Source of the DNA: a virus
Length of the DNA: 64,000 nt
Reading direction: 5' to 3' (one strand)
Virus record (IMG/VR): IMGVR_UViG_3300046532_001629
Location: 5,779 to 69,778 of that record
Part shown: piece by piece, positions 46,146 through 56,784 of the stretch
Numbering within the stretch: the stretch's first letter is position 1
How the letters are laid out: each line of letters opens with the position of its first letter
The notes under the pieces: generated by a model
The model's input: only the letters and a program-made list of their open reading frames with translations
Databases searched by the model: none
Told to the model about the DNA's origin: nothing
Translations under genes and position numbers: made by a program

Positions 46146-48659
46146 ATGGATTTCTATACTAATGTATGTCGCACAAGAGACAAAATTCTTGTAAAGGGTT
46201 ATCAGAACGGTAAGCAGGTCAAACAGACTGTTGCTTACCGTCCTAATCACTACGTCCCATCCACCAAGGGTGAGACTGCATTCCGTTCACTTGACGGCAG
46301 ACCTCTTGAGGCAGTAAACCTCAGTTCGATGGGTGGTGCAAGAAAGTTTCGTGAATCGTATCAAGGTACTGTTGGATTTGAAATCCACGGCTACGACAGA
46401 TACATTTACACCTACATTGCTGACCAGTTCCGTGGTGATATCAAGTGGGACTTTAAGACAGTTAAAATTGCAACACTCGACATTGAGTGTGAATCAGAGA
46501 ATGGGTTTCCCGAACCAACTCTTGCAATGGAGAAGGTCAATGCAATCACAATCAAACCATTTCGTTTCATGGCACATACCTTTGGTATCGGCCCTTGGGA
46601 TGAGAAACCAGCCAATGTAACTTATCATGAATGTGTTGACGAAGCACAACTGTTAACTGAATTTATCAAGTACTGGAGAAAGCAGTCCTTCGATATTATT
46701 ACTGGTTGGAATGTAGATTCATTTGATATTACATATCTGTGTAATCGTGTCGATAGGTTATTCGGTGAAGGAGAACACAAGAAGTTCTCTCCATGGAATC
46801 AAGTAGATGTCAGAGAATACAAAACCAACTTTGGTAACACTCAACAGAAGTTTACACTGTACGGTGTTAATGTTGTTGACTACATGGACTTGTATAAGAA
46901 GAGAACTTTCGTCAACCAAGAATCCTATGCACTGAATCACATTGCCCACATGGAGTTGGGTAAGAAGAAATTGGATTACTCAGAACACGGTTCATTACAC
47001 GGATTGTATAAAAACGACTATTCAAAGTTCCTTGCATATAATGTACAGGATGTTGTTCTTGTTGAAGACCTAGAAGATAAACTTGGTCTACTAGAATTGA
47101 CCATGACCATGTCTTACAATGCTAAGTGTAACTACAATGATACATTTGGAATGGTAAAATACTGGGAAACTATTATCTACAACTTCCTCAAAGAACAGGG
47201 AATTCAAACCCCACCACAGTCTCTAGGACAACGCAAGACACATCAAATCGTTGGTGCATATGTAAAGGAACCACTGGTTGGTAAACACGATTGGGTTATG
47301 TCGTTTGACTTGAACTCACTCTATCCCCATTTGATTATGCAGTATAACATATCACCCGAGACCATGATGAAGAATGGTCTTATGGATGTTGATGTCCAAA
47401 AGATTCTAGATGGTAAGGCAGACTTATCCAGTCTAAAGAAACTAAATTTAACAGTTGCACCCAATGGTGTAAAATTCAAAAGAGACAAACAGGGTTTCCT
47501 ACCCGAGCTCATGGAGAAGTTCTACCAAGAACGTAAAGAGTGGAAAGGTAAGATGATTTCTTATCAAAAGGAACAGGAAGTTTGTACTGATTCAAAACGA
47601 AAGAATGAACTTGATGGTCTAATCAAACGAGCATACAACAATCAACAGGTCAGAAAGATTGCACTTAACTCTGCTTATGGTGCATTAGCAAATCAATACT
47701 TTGCATTCTTCGACCCAAACCTTGCAGAAGCAATTACCATGTCGGGTCAGTTAGTCATTAAGACTGCAGAGATCACTATCAACGATTGGATGAACAAGGT
47801 ACTGAAGACTACAGACCAAGATTATGTTATCGCAATGGACACGGACTCAGTATACATCACTTTTGATAAACTAGTGCAACAAGTGTTTCCTGCTGATACA
47901 CCTAAGAATAAGATCGTAGACTTCCTTGACACCGTTGCCAACGAGAAGATTGAAGGTGTTCTTGCAAAGGGGTATGATGAACTTGCAGATTACACTAACG
48001 CATTCCAACAGAAGATGGAAATGGGTAGAGAGGCTATTGCAGATCGTGGAATATGGACTGCAAAGAAAAGATACATCCTTAATGTTTATGACATGGAAGG
48101 AGTTAGACTTCACGAACCTAAACTGAAGATGATGGGTATTGAGACAGCAAAGTCCAGTACACCCCAGTGGATTCGTAAAAAGTTGACCGATGCACTTAAG
48201 TTGGTCATGAATGGAACAGAACAAGATGTATGGGATTTCGTAGAGAATGCTCGTAGAGACTTTAGAGACCTTCCAGTTGAAAAGGTTGCATCACCTAGAG
48301 GTTGCAACAACCTACAACAGTACTCAGACAGGTCAATGATCTATAGTAAGGGTACACCTATCCATGTACGAGGTGCATTACTATACAACCACTACCTCGA
48401 AAAGAAGAACATTGACAAGAGATATAACCTTATTCGGAGTGGAGATAAGATTCTGTTTGTGTATCTTAAGCTCCCAAACAAATTTAACGAGAATGTAATA
48501 TCCTTCTCTAATGTTCTACCTAAAGAATTTGAACTACAGGACTACATCAATTACGATATGCAATTCGATAAGGCATTTATTGAACCACTTAAAGCAATAA
48601 TTGAATTGATCGGTTGGAATGTTGAACCAGTTGCATCATTGGACAGTTTCTTCGGGTAA
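46146..48659 (+). CDS. gp43: DNA polymerase family B
   Basis: LDIEC, FDITY, SFDLNSLYPH, KIALNSAYG, DTDS and KKRY. Confidence 0.98.
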   Translation: MDFYTNVCRTRDKILVKGYQNGKQVKQTVAYRPNHYVPSTKGETAFRSLDGRPLEAVNLSSMGGARKFRESYQGTVGFEIHGYDRYIYTYIADQFRGDIKWDFKTVKIATLDIECESENGFPEPTLAMEKVNAITIKPFRFMAHTFGIGPWDEKPANVTYHECVDEAQLLTEFIKYWRKQSFDIITGWNVDSFDITYLCNRVDRLFGEGEHKKFSPWNQVDVREYKTNFGNTQQKFTLYGVNVVDYMDLYKKRTFVNQESYALNHIAHMELGKKKLDYSEHGSLHGLYKNDYSKFLAYNVQDVVLVEDLEDKLGLLELTMTMSYNAKCNYNDTFGMVKYWETIIYNFLKEQGIQTPPQSLGQRKTHQIVGAYVKEPLVGKHDWVMSFDLNSLYPHLIMQYNISPETMMKNGLMDVDVQKILDGKADLSSLKKLNLTVAPNGVKFKRDKQGFLPELMEKFYQERKEWKGKMISYQKEQEVCTDSKRKNELDGLIKRAYNNQQVRKIALNSAYGALANQYFAFFDPNLAEAITMSGQLVIKTAEITINDWMNKVLKTTDQDYVIAMDTDSVYITFDKLVQQVFPADTPKNKIVDFLDTVANEKIEGVLAKGYDELADYTNAFQQKMEMGREAIADRGIWTAKKRYILNVYDMEGVRLHEPKLKMMGIETAKSSTPQWIRKKLTDALKLVMNGTEQDVWDFVENARRDFRDLPVEKVASPRGCNNLQQYSDRSMIYSKGTPIHVRGALLYNHYLEKKNIDKRYNLIRSGDKILFVYLKLPNKFNENVISFSNVLPKEFELQDYINYDMQFDKAFIEPLKAIIELIGWNVEPVASLDSFFG

Positions 48660-48679
48660 AAAAAATGATAAATATGAGT

Positions 48680-49153
48680 ATGGAAAATTTATATGAATTT
48701 AACGTGACAGTCACAAAAGTGGTTGACGGAGATACGATTGATGTGGACATCGATTTGGGCTTCTCGGTTGTTCTGAAAAAACAACGAGTTAGGCTAATGG
48801 GTATTGATACCCCCGAATCTAGAACACGTGACTTAGTAGAAAAGGTATTCGGTAAAGCTTCAAAATACCATCTAACAGACATATTATCGAGAGGTGCAGT
48901 GACACTGATCTCACACGATAAAGGTAAATTCGGAAGAATCCTAGGTGAGTTGTTTGTGAACGAGACCGTTGCAGACGAACCTCAATCATTAGAACCAAGA
49001 ATTAGTGTTAACCAACAGATGATTAATGATCATCATGCCGTAGAATATACTGGTGAAAGCAAAGACACCACCTTAGAACGACATTTGGAGCATAGACATC
49101 TGCTTTTGGAGAACGGAACCGTTACCCAAGAACAGATTGATAAGGTGTCCTGA
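48680..49153 (+). CDS. Thermonuclease (SNase-like)
   Basis: VVDGDTIDV, RVRLMGIDTPES and GKFGRILG. Confidence 0.9.
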   Translation: MENLYEFNVTVTKVVDGDTIDVDIDLGFSVVLKKQRVRLMGIDTPESRTRDLVEKVFGKASKYHLTDILSRGAVTLISHDKGKFGRILGELFVNETVADEPQSLEPRISVNQQMINDHHAVEYTGESKDTTLERHLEHRHLLLENGTVTQEQIDKVS

Positions 49154-49359
49154 TGACACTATTATTGATTGATATATTCTATATTATCGTAATAGCACTG
49201 ATCTTTACTGCAATTCTTACCATGGAGATTCAGATCAAAGAAATTAAAACGATGATGAAAGAACACGTCAAATTCGATGATAAGATGGCCAAAGAAGTAA
49301 AAGAACGTCTCGCCAGATGCCATGACGAAAAATACCCCAAAAACCCCCTTGTAAAATAA
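49153..49359 (+). CDS. Small membrane protein
   Basis: N-terminal hydrophobic helix; TGATG coupling. Confidence 0.6.
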   Translation: MTLLLIDIFYIIVIALIFTAILTMEIQIKEIKTMMKEHVKFDDKMAKEVKERLARCHDEKYPKNPLVK

Positions 49360-49407
49360 CCACATCTCTGTTATACTAAGGTATACATTTGAGAGGTGTT
49401 TATAATT

Positions 49408-50463
49408 ATGAGTTTTTTAAAAGATTTAGTAAAGGCAAGCGGTAACGAATACGCAAGTATTGTTAACGATGGAATTGCTGCTGGAGATGTTGACAGTTTC
49501 ATTGATACTGGTTCACACATTTTCAACGCACTATTAAGTGGTTCACTATACGGTGGACTTCCTTCAAACAAGATTACAGCAATTGCAGGTGAGTCTGCAA
49601 CAGGTAAGACCTTCTTTGCACTAGGGATGGTAAAACAGTTTCTAGAAGACAATAAGGATGCAGCGGTAATCTATTTCGAATCTGAATCAGCAATATCAAG
49701 AGATATGATTGAGGACAGAGGCATTGATTCTAAAAGAGTTGTTATCGTCCCAGTCGTCACAGTGCAAGAGTTCAGAAATCAAGCAATCAGTATACTGGAT
49801 AAGTATGCAGAAACCCCCAAAGACAAACGTCCACCTATGATGTTCTGTTTAGATTCACTTGGTATGTTATCAACAACCAAAGAAATCGAAGACACTGCAG
49901 AAGGTAAAGAGACTAAGGATATGACTAGGGCTCAGATCACCAAAGGTGCATTCAGAGTTCTTACTCTTAAACTTGGACGAGTCGGTGTTCCTATGATTGT
50001 TACAAATCACACATATGATGTGATTGGTTCTATGTTCCCTCAAAAAGAGATGGGTGGTGGTAGTGGATTAAAATATGCAGCCTCATCAATCATCTATCTT
50101 TCCAAAAGGAAGGAGAAAGAAGGAACTGAAATCGTTGGTAATATTATTCACTGTAAGAACGCAAAGTCAAGATTGACTGTTGAGAACAGAGTGGTTGATG
50201 TAAGGTTATCATACGAGACAGGGTTGGACAGATATTATGGTCTACTAGACATGGCAGTTGCCTTTGGAATATTTGAGAAATCAAGTACAAGAATTAAACT
50301 TCCAAATGGTAAGACAGAGTTCGGTAAGACGATCAACAACAACCCCGAAAAATTCTTCACACCCGATGTGATGGAAAAATTAGAATTGGTAGCACAGGAA
50401 TACTTTAAATATGGAACAAAAGAGAATAGAACAAACAATTCTGAAGAATCTGATTCAGAGTGA
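49408..50463 (+). CDS. uvsX: RecA-like recombinase UvsX
   Basis: [19 protein letters not shown] and [12 protein letters not shown]. Confidence 0.95.
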   Translation: MSFLKDLVKASGNEYASIVNDGIAAGDVDSFIDTGSHIFNALLSGSLYGGLPSNKITAIAGESATGKTFFALGMVKQFLEDNKDAAVIYFESESAISRDMIEDRGIDSKRVVIVPVVTVQEFRNQAISILDKYAETPKDKRPPMMFCLDSLGMLSTTKEIEDTAEGKETKDMTRAQITKGAFRVLTLKLGRVGVPMIVTNHTYDVIGSMFPQKEMGGGSGLKYAASSIIYLSKRKEKEGTEIVGNIIHCKNAKSRLTVENRVVDVRLSYETGLDRYYGLLDMAVAFGIFEKSSTRIKLPNGKTEFGKTINNNPEKFFTPDVMEKLELVAQEYFKYGTKENRTNNSEESDSE

Positions 50464-51799
50464 AGAGTTTGCACGGAAGGTGCTTCCATTCATTAAGGAC
50501 GAGTATTTCACAGAACAGGACGAAAAGACCGTATTCAATGGAGTATTCGATTACTTCCAAAAATACACTAAGACACCTACAGTAGAAGCACTTCTCATAA
50601 ACTTGGATAACAACACATCTCTTAACGAGACAGTTGTTAATAACGCCAAGTCTATTGTAAGTGGTATTAAAGGTGGTGACGACACTCCACAAGAGTGGTT
50701 ACTCGATGAGACTGAACAGTGGTGCAAAGATAGAGCAATCTACATTGCAGTAATGGACAGTATTGAAGTCATTGACAAGAAGTCACAACGTTCAACTGGT
50801 GAGATACCCGAACTCCTTAAGGATGCACTTTCCGTGTCCTTTGACACTAATATTGGTCACGATCAAATAGAAGATGCCGACACCCGATTTGAATTCTACC
50901 ATACGGAAGAAGAGAAGTTACCGTTCGATTTAGAATATTTTAACAAGATTACCAAAGGTGGATTACCTAACAAGACATTGAATATTTGTCTTGCAGGAAC
51001 AGGTGTTGGTAAATCCCTATTCATGTGTCACATGGCATCAGCTCACTTGATGATGAATAAGAATGTATTATACATTACTATGGAGATGTCAGAAGAAAGG
51101 ATTGCAGAGAGAATCGATGCGAATACCCTCAATGTCCCTATGAAAGACCTACCCGATCTATCTAAGAAGATGTTCAATAAGAAGATTGATAAGATTGCAT
51201 CTAAGACCAAAGGTAAGTTGATTATCAAAGAATACCCAACTGCATCAGCACACGTAGGACACTTCAGACATTTACTCCAAGAGTTAGATGTCAAGAAAGA
51301 TTTCAAACCCGATATGATTTACATTGACTATCTAAACATATGTGCGTCTTCAAGGGTAAAGCCTGGTGCTGGTGCAAACAGTTATACACTAGTTAAGAGT
51401 ATTGCAGAAGAACTTAGAGGACTTGCAGTAGAGTTTAATGTACCAATCATGAGTGCAACACAAACGACTCGTAGTGGTTACGGTTCTACAGATGTGGAAC
51501 TAACAGATACCTCAGAGTCATTTGGATTACCAGCAACAGCAGACTTTATGTTTGCACTAATCTCCTCAGAAGAATTAGAAGAGTTAGATCAGATGGTAGT
51601 TAAACAGTTAAAGAATAGATACAATGACCCAACCGTATTCAAAAGGTTTGTCATTGGAGTTGATAGAAGTCGTATGAAGTTGTACGATTGTGAACAAGAA
51701 GCACAGACAGAAATTGTCGATGCAAACCAAACATATGACGATAGTGTCCCAGTTGCAGACCGTGGTAGATCAGATAAATTTAAAGACTTTAATATTTGA
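50411..51799 (+). CDS. gp41: Replicative helicase
   Basis: [20 protein letters not shown] and [11 protein letters not shown]. Confidence 0.96.
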   Translation: MEQKRIEQTILKNLIQSEEFARKVLPFIKDEYFTEQDEKTVFNGVFDYFQKYTKTPTVEALLINLDNNTSLNETVVNNAKSIVSGIKGGDDTPQEWLLDETEQWCKDRAIYIAVMDSIEVIDKKSQRSTGEIPELLKDALSVSFDTNIGHDQIEDADTRFEFYHTEEEKLPFDLEYFNKITKGGLPNKTLNICLAGTGVGKSLFMCHMASAHLMMNKNVLYITMEMSEERIAERIDANTLNVPMKDLPDLSKKMFNKKIDKIASKTKGKLIIKEYPTASAHVGHFRHLLQELDVKKDFKPDMIYIDYLNICASSRVKPGAGANSYTLVKSIAEELRGLAVEFNVPIMSATQTTRSGYGSTDVELTDTSESFGLPATADFMFALISSEELEELDQMVVKQLKNRYNDPTVFKRFVIGVDRSRMKLYDCEQEAQTEIVDANQTYDDSVPVADRGRSDKFKDFNI

Positions 51800-51817
51800 C
51801 CTAAATACTAGTATATT

Positions 51818-51994
51818 ATGAAAAAGAATTTACAATCTAATGAGGTTATTGAATCTATATCAAAGAAAATTGACCTCAAACAGCAGTTAAGGGATGCCAA
51901 GAAGTCCCATGATGACGTGCAGATTGAGAAATTAAGTCAGAAAATTAGTAAAATAGAGGATAAATTACACTCTCGACCACTATCAAAAACCTAA
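51818..51994 (+). CDS. 58-aa coiled-coil protein, absent from ORF track
   Basis: MKKNLQSNEVIESISKKIDLKQQLRDAKK...; CTAAATA upstream. Confidence 0.6.
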   Translation: MKKNLQSNEVIESISKKIDLKQQLRDAKKSHDDVQIEKLSQKISKIEDKLHSRPLSKT

Positions 51995-52029
51995 ATAAAG
52001 GTATACAACCTCAAATATAGGAAAACATC

Positions 52030-52431
52030 ATGCCCTCAGGAACAGGAACAATCACAGCAGAAGAAATTGCAATTCGTACAGAACTAAGAGATTCAATAGC
52101 AAAGTCTATTGCTTGGGTATCGGGAACAACTGGTACGTACTCTATTCACGATTTCAGTAATACTGCAACTTTTGACATGGCAAATGACACTCCACCTGCT
52201 AAGTCTGATTGGACTGGGGATGGTTACATGGGTCACTGGGCAGAATGGGCAACAAACAATCCTTCAGTAACTTCAGGTGATCTATATTGGACTTACAAAA
52301 CCGAACTAGAAGGAGCTAATGGTATAACACTAGATGGTGCTGGCCGTCATGCAGCTGAGTTAGTATTAATGAACGCTGCACTAACCGAAGCAAACACAAG
52401 TTTAGCAGAAGGTATTGCTAACGCAGCTTAA
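52030..52431 (+). CDS. Hypothetical late protein
   Basis: CTAAATA at 51991, SD AGGA; T/G/A/W-rich. Confidence 0.7.
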   Translation: MPSGTGTITAEEIAIRTELRDSIAKSIAWVSGTTGTYSIHDFSNTATFDMANDTPPAKSDWTGDGYMGHWAEWATNNPSVTSGDLYWTYKTELEGANGITLDGAGRHAAELVLMNAALTEANTSLAEGIANAA

Positions 52432-52495
52432 TATCACCTTTCTATTTGTTATAAATAGTAGACAGGAACACATTTAACGTGTATAATAGTCTATT

Positions 52496-53698
52496 ATGGG
52501 TGCAAAAAATCTACATTTAGAACATCTCGAAGATGAAATCATCAATCAAGGTATTGATGGTGGAAGAGGAGCAATCAACTTCCTAAGAGGTCTTAGAGAT
52601 ATGATGAAAGGGAGCAAAGCCTCTTCCGTCAATATGACCGTTAAATGGGATGGAGCTCCTGCAATCTTTTGTGGGAAACATCCCGAAACAAATCAATTCT
52701 TTGTTGCAAAGAAATCTCTATTTAATAAAGAACCTAAGTTCTACACATCCGAAGCAGAGATCAAAGCAGACCCAAAGTTAAGTGGTCAACTAGAAGCAAA
52801 GTTTCTCGATTCATTCAAATACCTCAGTAAACTATCTTTCAGTAATATCATGCAGGGTGATCTAATGTTCACCGATGATAAGACAACTAAAAAAATTGAC
52901 GGTGTTGAATACATCACATTCCAACCGAACACTATTCTCTATGCAGTATCCGCTGATTCTAAAATCGGAGAGGACATCGACAGAGCAAAATTGGGTATTG
53001 TCTTTCACACTACTTACACTGGTGGCACGATAGAAGACCTCTCTGCATCCTTTGGTGTGAACCTAGCAAACCTAGGGGTCTCTAATGACGTTTGGGTAGA
53101 CGATGCATCATACAAAGATGTTAGTGGTAACTCCACAATGACTGCAACAGAAACACTTAAACTTACACTCGCATTAAAGGAAGTCGGTAAATCATTTCAT
53201 GGTATTTCGAAGAGAGACTTAGATAAGTTCCAAAAAATTCAAGAGATGATTACGAAGAAAGGTGCTGGTGCAACATACAAAACATACTGTAACACCCTTA
53301 TAAGAGGTGGAAGTTACAAACCTACTGCAGATGGATACCTTGCACACTTTCAATCATACTGGAAGGACAAAGTGGTGGGTGGTGTTAAGACAGAGAAACA
53401 CAAAGAGATCAAACGAGAAATCGGTGAATCAATCTATAACGACATGAGAGGGATGAAAAAGTTCTTAATTAATCTTACAAAATTCATGGGAGGATTGGTG
53501 GAGTCAAAACAGATCATCATTGTTGCATTGAATAGAGTCAAGAGTATTGGTACATTCAAACAAACTGCAACAGGATTCGAAGCAGTCAACCCCGAAGGAT
53601 ATGTTGCAATAGATTCAGGTGGTTCTGCAGTTAAACTTGTAGACCGTATGGAATTTGCACACAATAACTTTACTGCAATCAAGGCTTGGGACAAATAA
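52496..53698 (+). CDS. DUF6267-like protein with ligase-type nucleotidyltransferase motifs
   Basis: HLEHLED, TVKWDG (KxDG), QGD, PEGYV and VKLVDR. Confidence 0.75.
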   Translation: MGAKNLHLEHLEDEIINQGIDGGRGAINFLRGLRDMMKGSKASSVNMTVKWDGAPAIFCGKHPETNQFFVAKKSLFNKEPKFYTSEAEIKADPKLSGQLEAKFLDSFKYLSKLSFSNIMQGDLMFTDDKTTKKIDGVEYITFQPNTILYAVSADSKIGEDIDRAKLGIVFHTTYTGGTIEDLSASFGVNLANLGVSNDVWVDDASYKDVSGNSTMTATETLKLTLALKEVGKSFHGISKRDLDKFQKIQEMITKKGAGATYKTYCNTLIRGGSYKPTADGYLAHFQSYWKDKVVGGVKTEKHKEIKREIGESIYNDMRGMKKFLINLTKFMGGLVESKQIIIVALNRVKSIGTFKQTATGFEAVNPEGYVAIDSGGSAVKLVDRMEFAHNNFTAIKAWDK

Positions 53699-53699
53699 A

Positions 53700-53873
53700 A
53701 TGAGAAGAGTTAAGCCAGATTATATTACCGTAAGAATAGACCAACTCAAAGAGGACATGGATAAGACATCCAAGGACTACGACAAGGCTTGGTATAACAG
53801 AATTATCCAAGAGTTGAGTTGGGCCCAAGAAATGTCCGCCAAACCGACAAAAAATTGTTACATGGAAACCTAA
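53700..53873 (+). CDS. Small hypothetical protein
   Basis: MRRVKPDY...WYNRIIQELSW; coupled to both neighbours. Confidence 0.65.
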   Translation: MRRVKPDYITVRIDQLKEDMDKTSKDYDKAWYNRIIQELSWAQEMSAKPTKNCYMET

Positions 53874-54061
53874 TGAAATCCTTTAAACACTTTAATGAGT
53901 CGATTATGATACCCATAAATATAGGAGATGTCGTCCTTGGTGGAAAATTCAAGAATAAGAAAATTGTCGTCAAAGAGATCGGTAGAAACGAGAAGGGTGA
54001 CATTACTATCAATGGAAGACCATTATTAAAATTTAGGATTATGCCGAATGAAAACGTTTAA
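53873..54061 (+). CDS. Small protein with MKSF N-terminus
   Basis: MKSFKHFNES-IMIPINIGDVVLGGKFKNK. Confidence 0.7.
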   Translation: MKSFKHFNESIMIPINIGDVVLGGKFKNKKIVVKEIGRNEKGDITINGRPLLKFRIMPNENV

Positions 54062-55355
54062 CAAATTTTTAACTGAAGCAACTGGTAAGGGTGCAGTGTT
54101 CTCCTTTGGAAGATTCAACCCACCCACCACTGGTCATGCAAAGTTGGTAAACAAACTACAGTCAGTCTCGGGTGGTTATACACCTCTAGTGTTCACTTCA
54201 CACTCAAATGACAAGGTTAAGAACCCCCTATCACATGTAGACAAGATCAAGTTCCTTAGACAGTTCTTTGGTAAGATCATTGTTGATACCGCTGCAAGAA
54301 CAGTATTTGACATTGCAGTAGAATTAGAACGACAGGGTTACAAAAAAATTAAGATGGTAGTAGGTTCGGACAGAGTTAGAGAGTTCGATATGTTGTTGAA
54401 GAAGTACAACGGAGTCAAAGCACGACACGGTTACTACAAGTTTGATCAGATCGAAATTGTATCTGCAGGGGAGAGAGACCCCGATGCAGATGACACTAGT
54501 GGTATGAGTGCATCCAAAATGAGACAGTATGCAGAGGACGGAGACTTTGATAACTTCAAAGACGGTGTTCCATCTACTAACAAAGCACAACAGAAACAAC
54601 TGTACAATGCAGTAAGACGAGGTATGGGACTTACTGAAGGAACACTGCCGTTTTATATGCAGACCGATATACAGGAAGACGAATTACAAGAAGGGGTCTA
54701 TGACCAAGGAATCTTCAAAGCATTATTCCTAATGGGTGGCCCAGGCTCAGGTAAAACAACAGTTGTTAAAGCACTATCACTACACACTATGGGTCTCAAA
54801 ATGATTAATAGTGATCAACATTTCGAAAGAATGATGACCACTGCAAAGATGTCTATGAAGATGACTTCAGATGGTAGTGGTGAAGTCAATCCCGAAAGAG
54901 ATGGGATGAGAGCAAAGGCAAAGAAAATAGCAGGAAAACAAATGGACTTGTACATTCCCAATAGATTGGGTCTAGTATTTGACACTACTAGTGCAAAAGC
55001 CAGTAAGATTAAAGACTATAAGGCACAATTAGATGCATTGGGATATGAATCCAAGATGGTATTCGTTAAAACAAGTCTAGAACTTGCACTAAAACTCAAT
55101 GATTTAAGAGCTCGAACAGTTCCCCCTGAAGTAGTTAAGATGGAACACGATGCAGTAGAGACTAATGCAAAACTATTCAAGACCATGTTCAGAACAGGGT
55201 TTATAGAGATTGAAAATAACGATACCGCTGCATCACTAAAGAAGACTGCAGACAGTCACTTTGGTAGTATCTCTGCATGGGCAAAGAAATTTCCCACTAA
55301 TGCCAGAGCTATTGCATGGAAAACACGAGAACTACTTTTAAAAAAGACTAAATAG
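54048..55355 (+). CDS. HxGH-type nucleotidyl(cytidylyl)transferase fused to a P-loop kinase (zeta/PNK-like)
   Basis: FGRFNPPTTGH, VVGSDR and MSASKMR; then GGPGSGKT, INSD and VFDTT. Confidence 0.85.
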   Translation: MKTFNKFLTEATGKGAVFSFGRFNPPTTGHAKLVNKLQSVSGGYTPLVFTSHSNDKVKNPLSHVDKIKFLRQFFGKIIVDTAARTVFDIAVELERQGYKKIKMVVGSDRVREFDMLLKKYNGVKARHGYYKFDQIEIVSAGERDPDADDTSGMSASKMRQYAEDGDFDNFKDGVPSTNKAQQKQLYNAVRRGMGLTEGTLPFYMQTDIQEDELQEGVYDQGIFKALFLMGGPGSGKTTVVKALSLHTMGLKMINSDQHFERMMTTAKMSMKMTSDGSGEVNPERDGMRAKAKKIAGKQMDLYIPNRLGLVFDTTSAKASKIKDYKAQLDALGYESKMVFVKTSLELALKLNDLRARTVPPEVVKMEHDAVETNAKLFKTMFRTGFIEIENNDTAASLKKTADSHFGSISAWAKKFPTNARAIAWKTRELLLKKTK

Positions 55356-55359
55356 TATT

Positions 55360-56784
55360 ATGGATTTATTAGACCAACTACTTAAAGTAACAAAAGATGC
55401 ATCAATGGATTTCAATTCTATAGTTGAAGATTTCATGATGGAAGATGCAGTTGCCTCTGCAGAACTCAAAGCAAAACACGCTGCAGAGACAGAGAAACTT
55501 AAGGACTCACAAGAACGAGACCTTGAATCTCTTACGACTCGACATGAACGAGAAGTTGCACGACAATCAGATTCCGATAGTAAAGAAAAAGACGATGATG
55601 CAATTAAATCTAAACGTGATGCCGACAGAAAATCAAATGAAAAACAAAGCGAAGGGTTATTAAACTTTATCGACACTTGGAAACAAGAGTTGGATGAGGT
55701 ATCCGCATCTAAAAGACTGACCACCCGATTGAAGAAGAGTGGTGTAGACTTAGACAAACGTGCAAAAGATCGTGCAAAAGAACACGCTGCACTAGTCAAG
55801 AAGTATGGTAAAAAGAATGAGTCGTTTGACTTGGACGAAGGTAAACTCGTAGCAAGTGTTCGTGACATCTTAAAAGTCATCACAAGAAAAATTGAAACGA
55901 AACTAGATCAAGAATACACTAAGAATCCTGAAAGAGGATTGGGTATGATCAACACTCTAGGTGCAATGGTTGGACATAAAGTTACAGACCAAAAACAAGA
56001 TAAAGGTAAGATGTTCCTTAAGTTTGGTGAAGAGACTGTAACCGAAGACCGTGAACTTGATGAAGATATGAACGCCTTGTTTTTTGCGATATGGGGTACT
56101 GGTGCTATGGTGGTGCTTCCTGCTTTGATAATGTATCAAATGATATCATCACCTCAAACTCCCAAGTTGCATAGAGATGCTAAAGCGTCAACAACGGCAA
56201 CAGTTGGTAAACTGATTTCCAAATTCAAAAAGGATAAAAACTATAAACCAACTAGTGCAGAGATAGATGTCAGTAAGAAGTTGGAAAACGAGGTTAAAAA
56301 TAAAGAACCAAGCATTTTCAAAAAGGCAATGTCAAAATTAAAATCAATAAAATCAAAAAAAGAAGAAGTTGAAGAGTCACGGTACACAGATGAAAAGGAC
56401 AAACGACAGAAAGCAACTCTTAAGAAACACGATAAGAGAATGATTAAGATATCAAGAGATTCTATCAAGAAATACGAAAAGGGTAGAAAAGAAGAGACTG
56501 AAGTCGAAGAAGACAGAGATTACAAGAAAGAAAGGGAAAACTACGGTGGTAGACCCGAACAGATGGAAAGAAACGCTGCGAGAAAAAGAGCTCGTAGACA
56601 AATGGAAAAAGAGGGTAAGGCCAAAGCTGGTGATGGTAAAGATGTTCATCACAAGGATAACAACCCACTAAACAATGATAAGAACAACTTATCCCTAGTG
56701 TCTCAAAACTATAACAGGAAAGAACCTAGACTAAGAATGAAGAAATTAAAGGAAAAGGGAGCATTACCAAATGTCAGGAAATAA
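55360..56784 (+). CDS. Modular late protein with C-terminal HNH-like domain
   Basis: Repeated acidic linkers (ELDE, DLDE, EVEE); KDVHHKDNNPLNN...NL...S...NR. Confidence 0.75.
   Translation: MDLLDQLLKVTKDASMDFNSIVEDFMMEDAVASAELKAKHAAETEKLKDSQERDLESLTTRHEREVARQSDSDSKEKDDDAIKSKRDADRKSNEKQSEGLLNFIDTWKQELDEVSASKRLTTRLKKSGVDLDKRAKDRAKEHAALVKKYGKKNESFDLDEGKLVASVRDILKVITRKIETKLDQEYTKNPERGLGMINTLGAMVGHKVTDQKQDKGKMFLKFGEETVTEDRELDEDMNALFFAIWGTGAMVVLPALIMYQMISSPQTPKLHRDAKASTTATVGKLISKFKKDKNYKPTSAEIDVSKKLENEVKNKEPSIFKKAMSKLKSIKSKKEEVEESRYTDEKDKRQKATLKKHDKRMIKISRDSIKKYEKGRKEETEVEEDRDYKKERENYGGRPEQMERNAARKRARRQMEKEGKAKAGDGKDVHHKDNNPLNNDKNNLSLVSQNYNRKEPRLRMKKLKEKGALPNVRK

Noticed and set aside
46146-48659. 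Introns or inteins in gp43, and likewise gp17, gp41 and gp23
   Set aside because: Lengths and motif spacing are normal with no insertions
56520-56784. Free-standing HNH homing endonuclease / mobile element
   Set aside because: The HNH-like motif is a short terminal module of a larger ORF with no evident DNA-binding domain or insertion context
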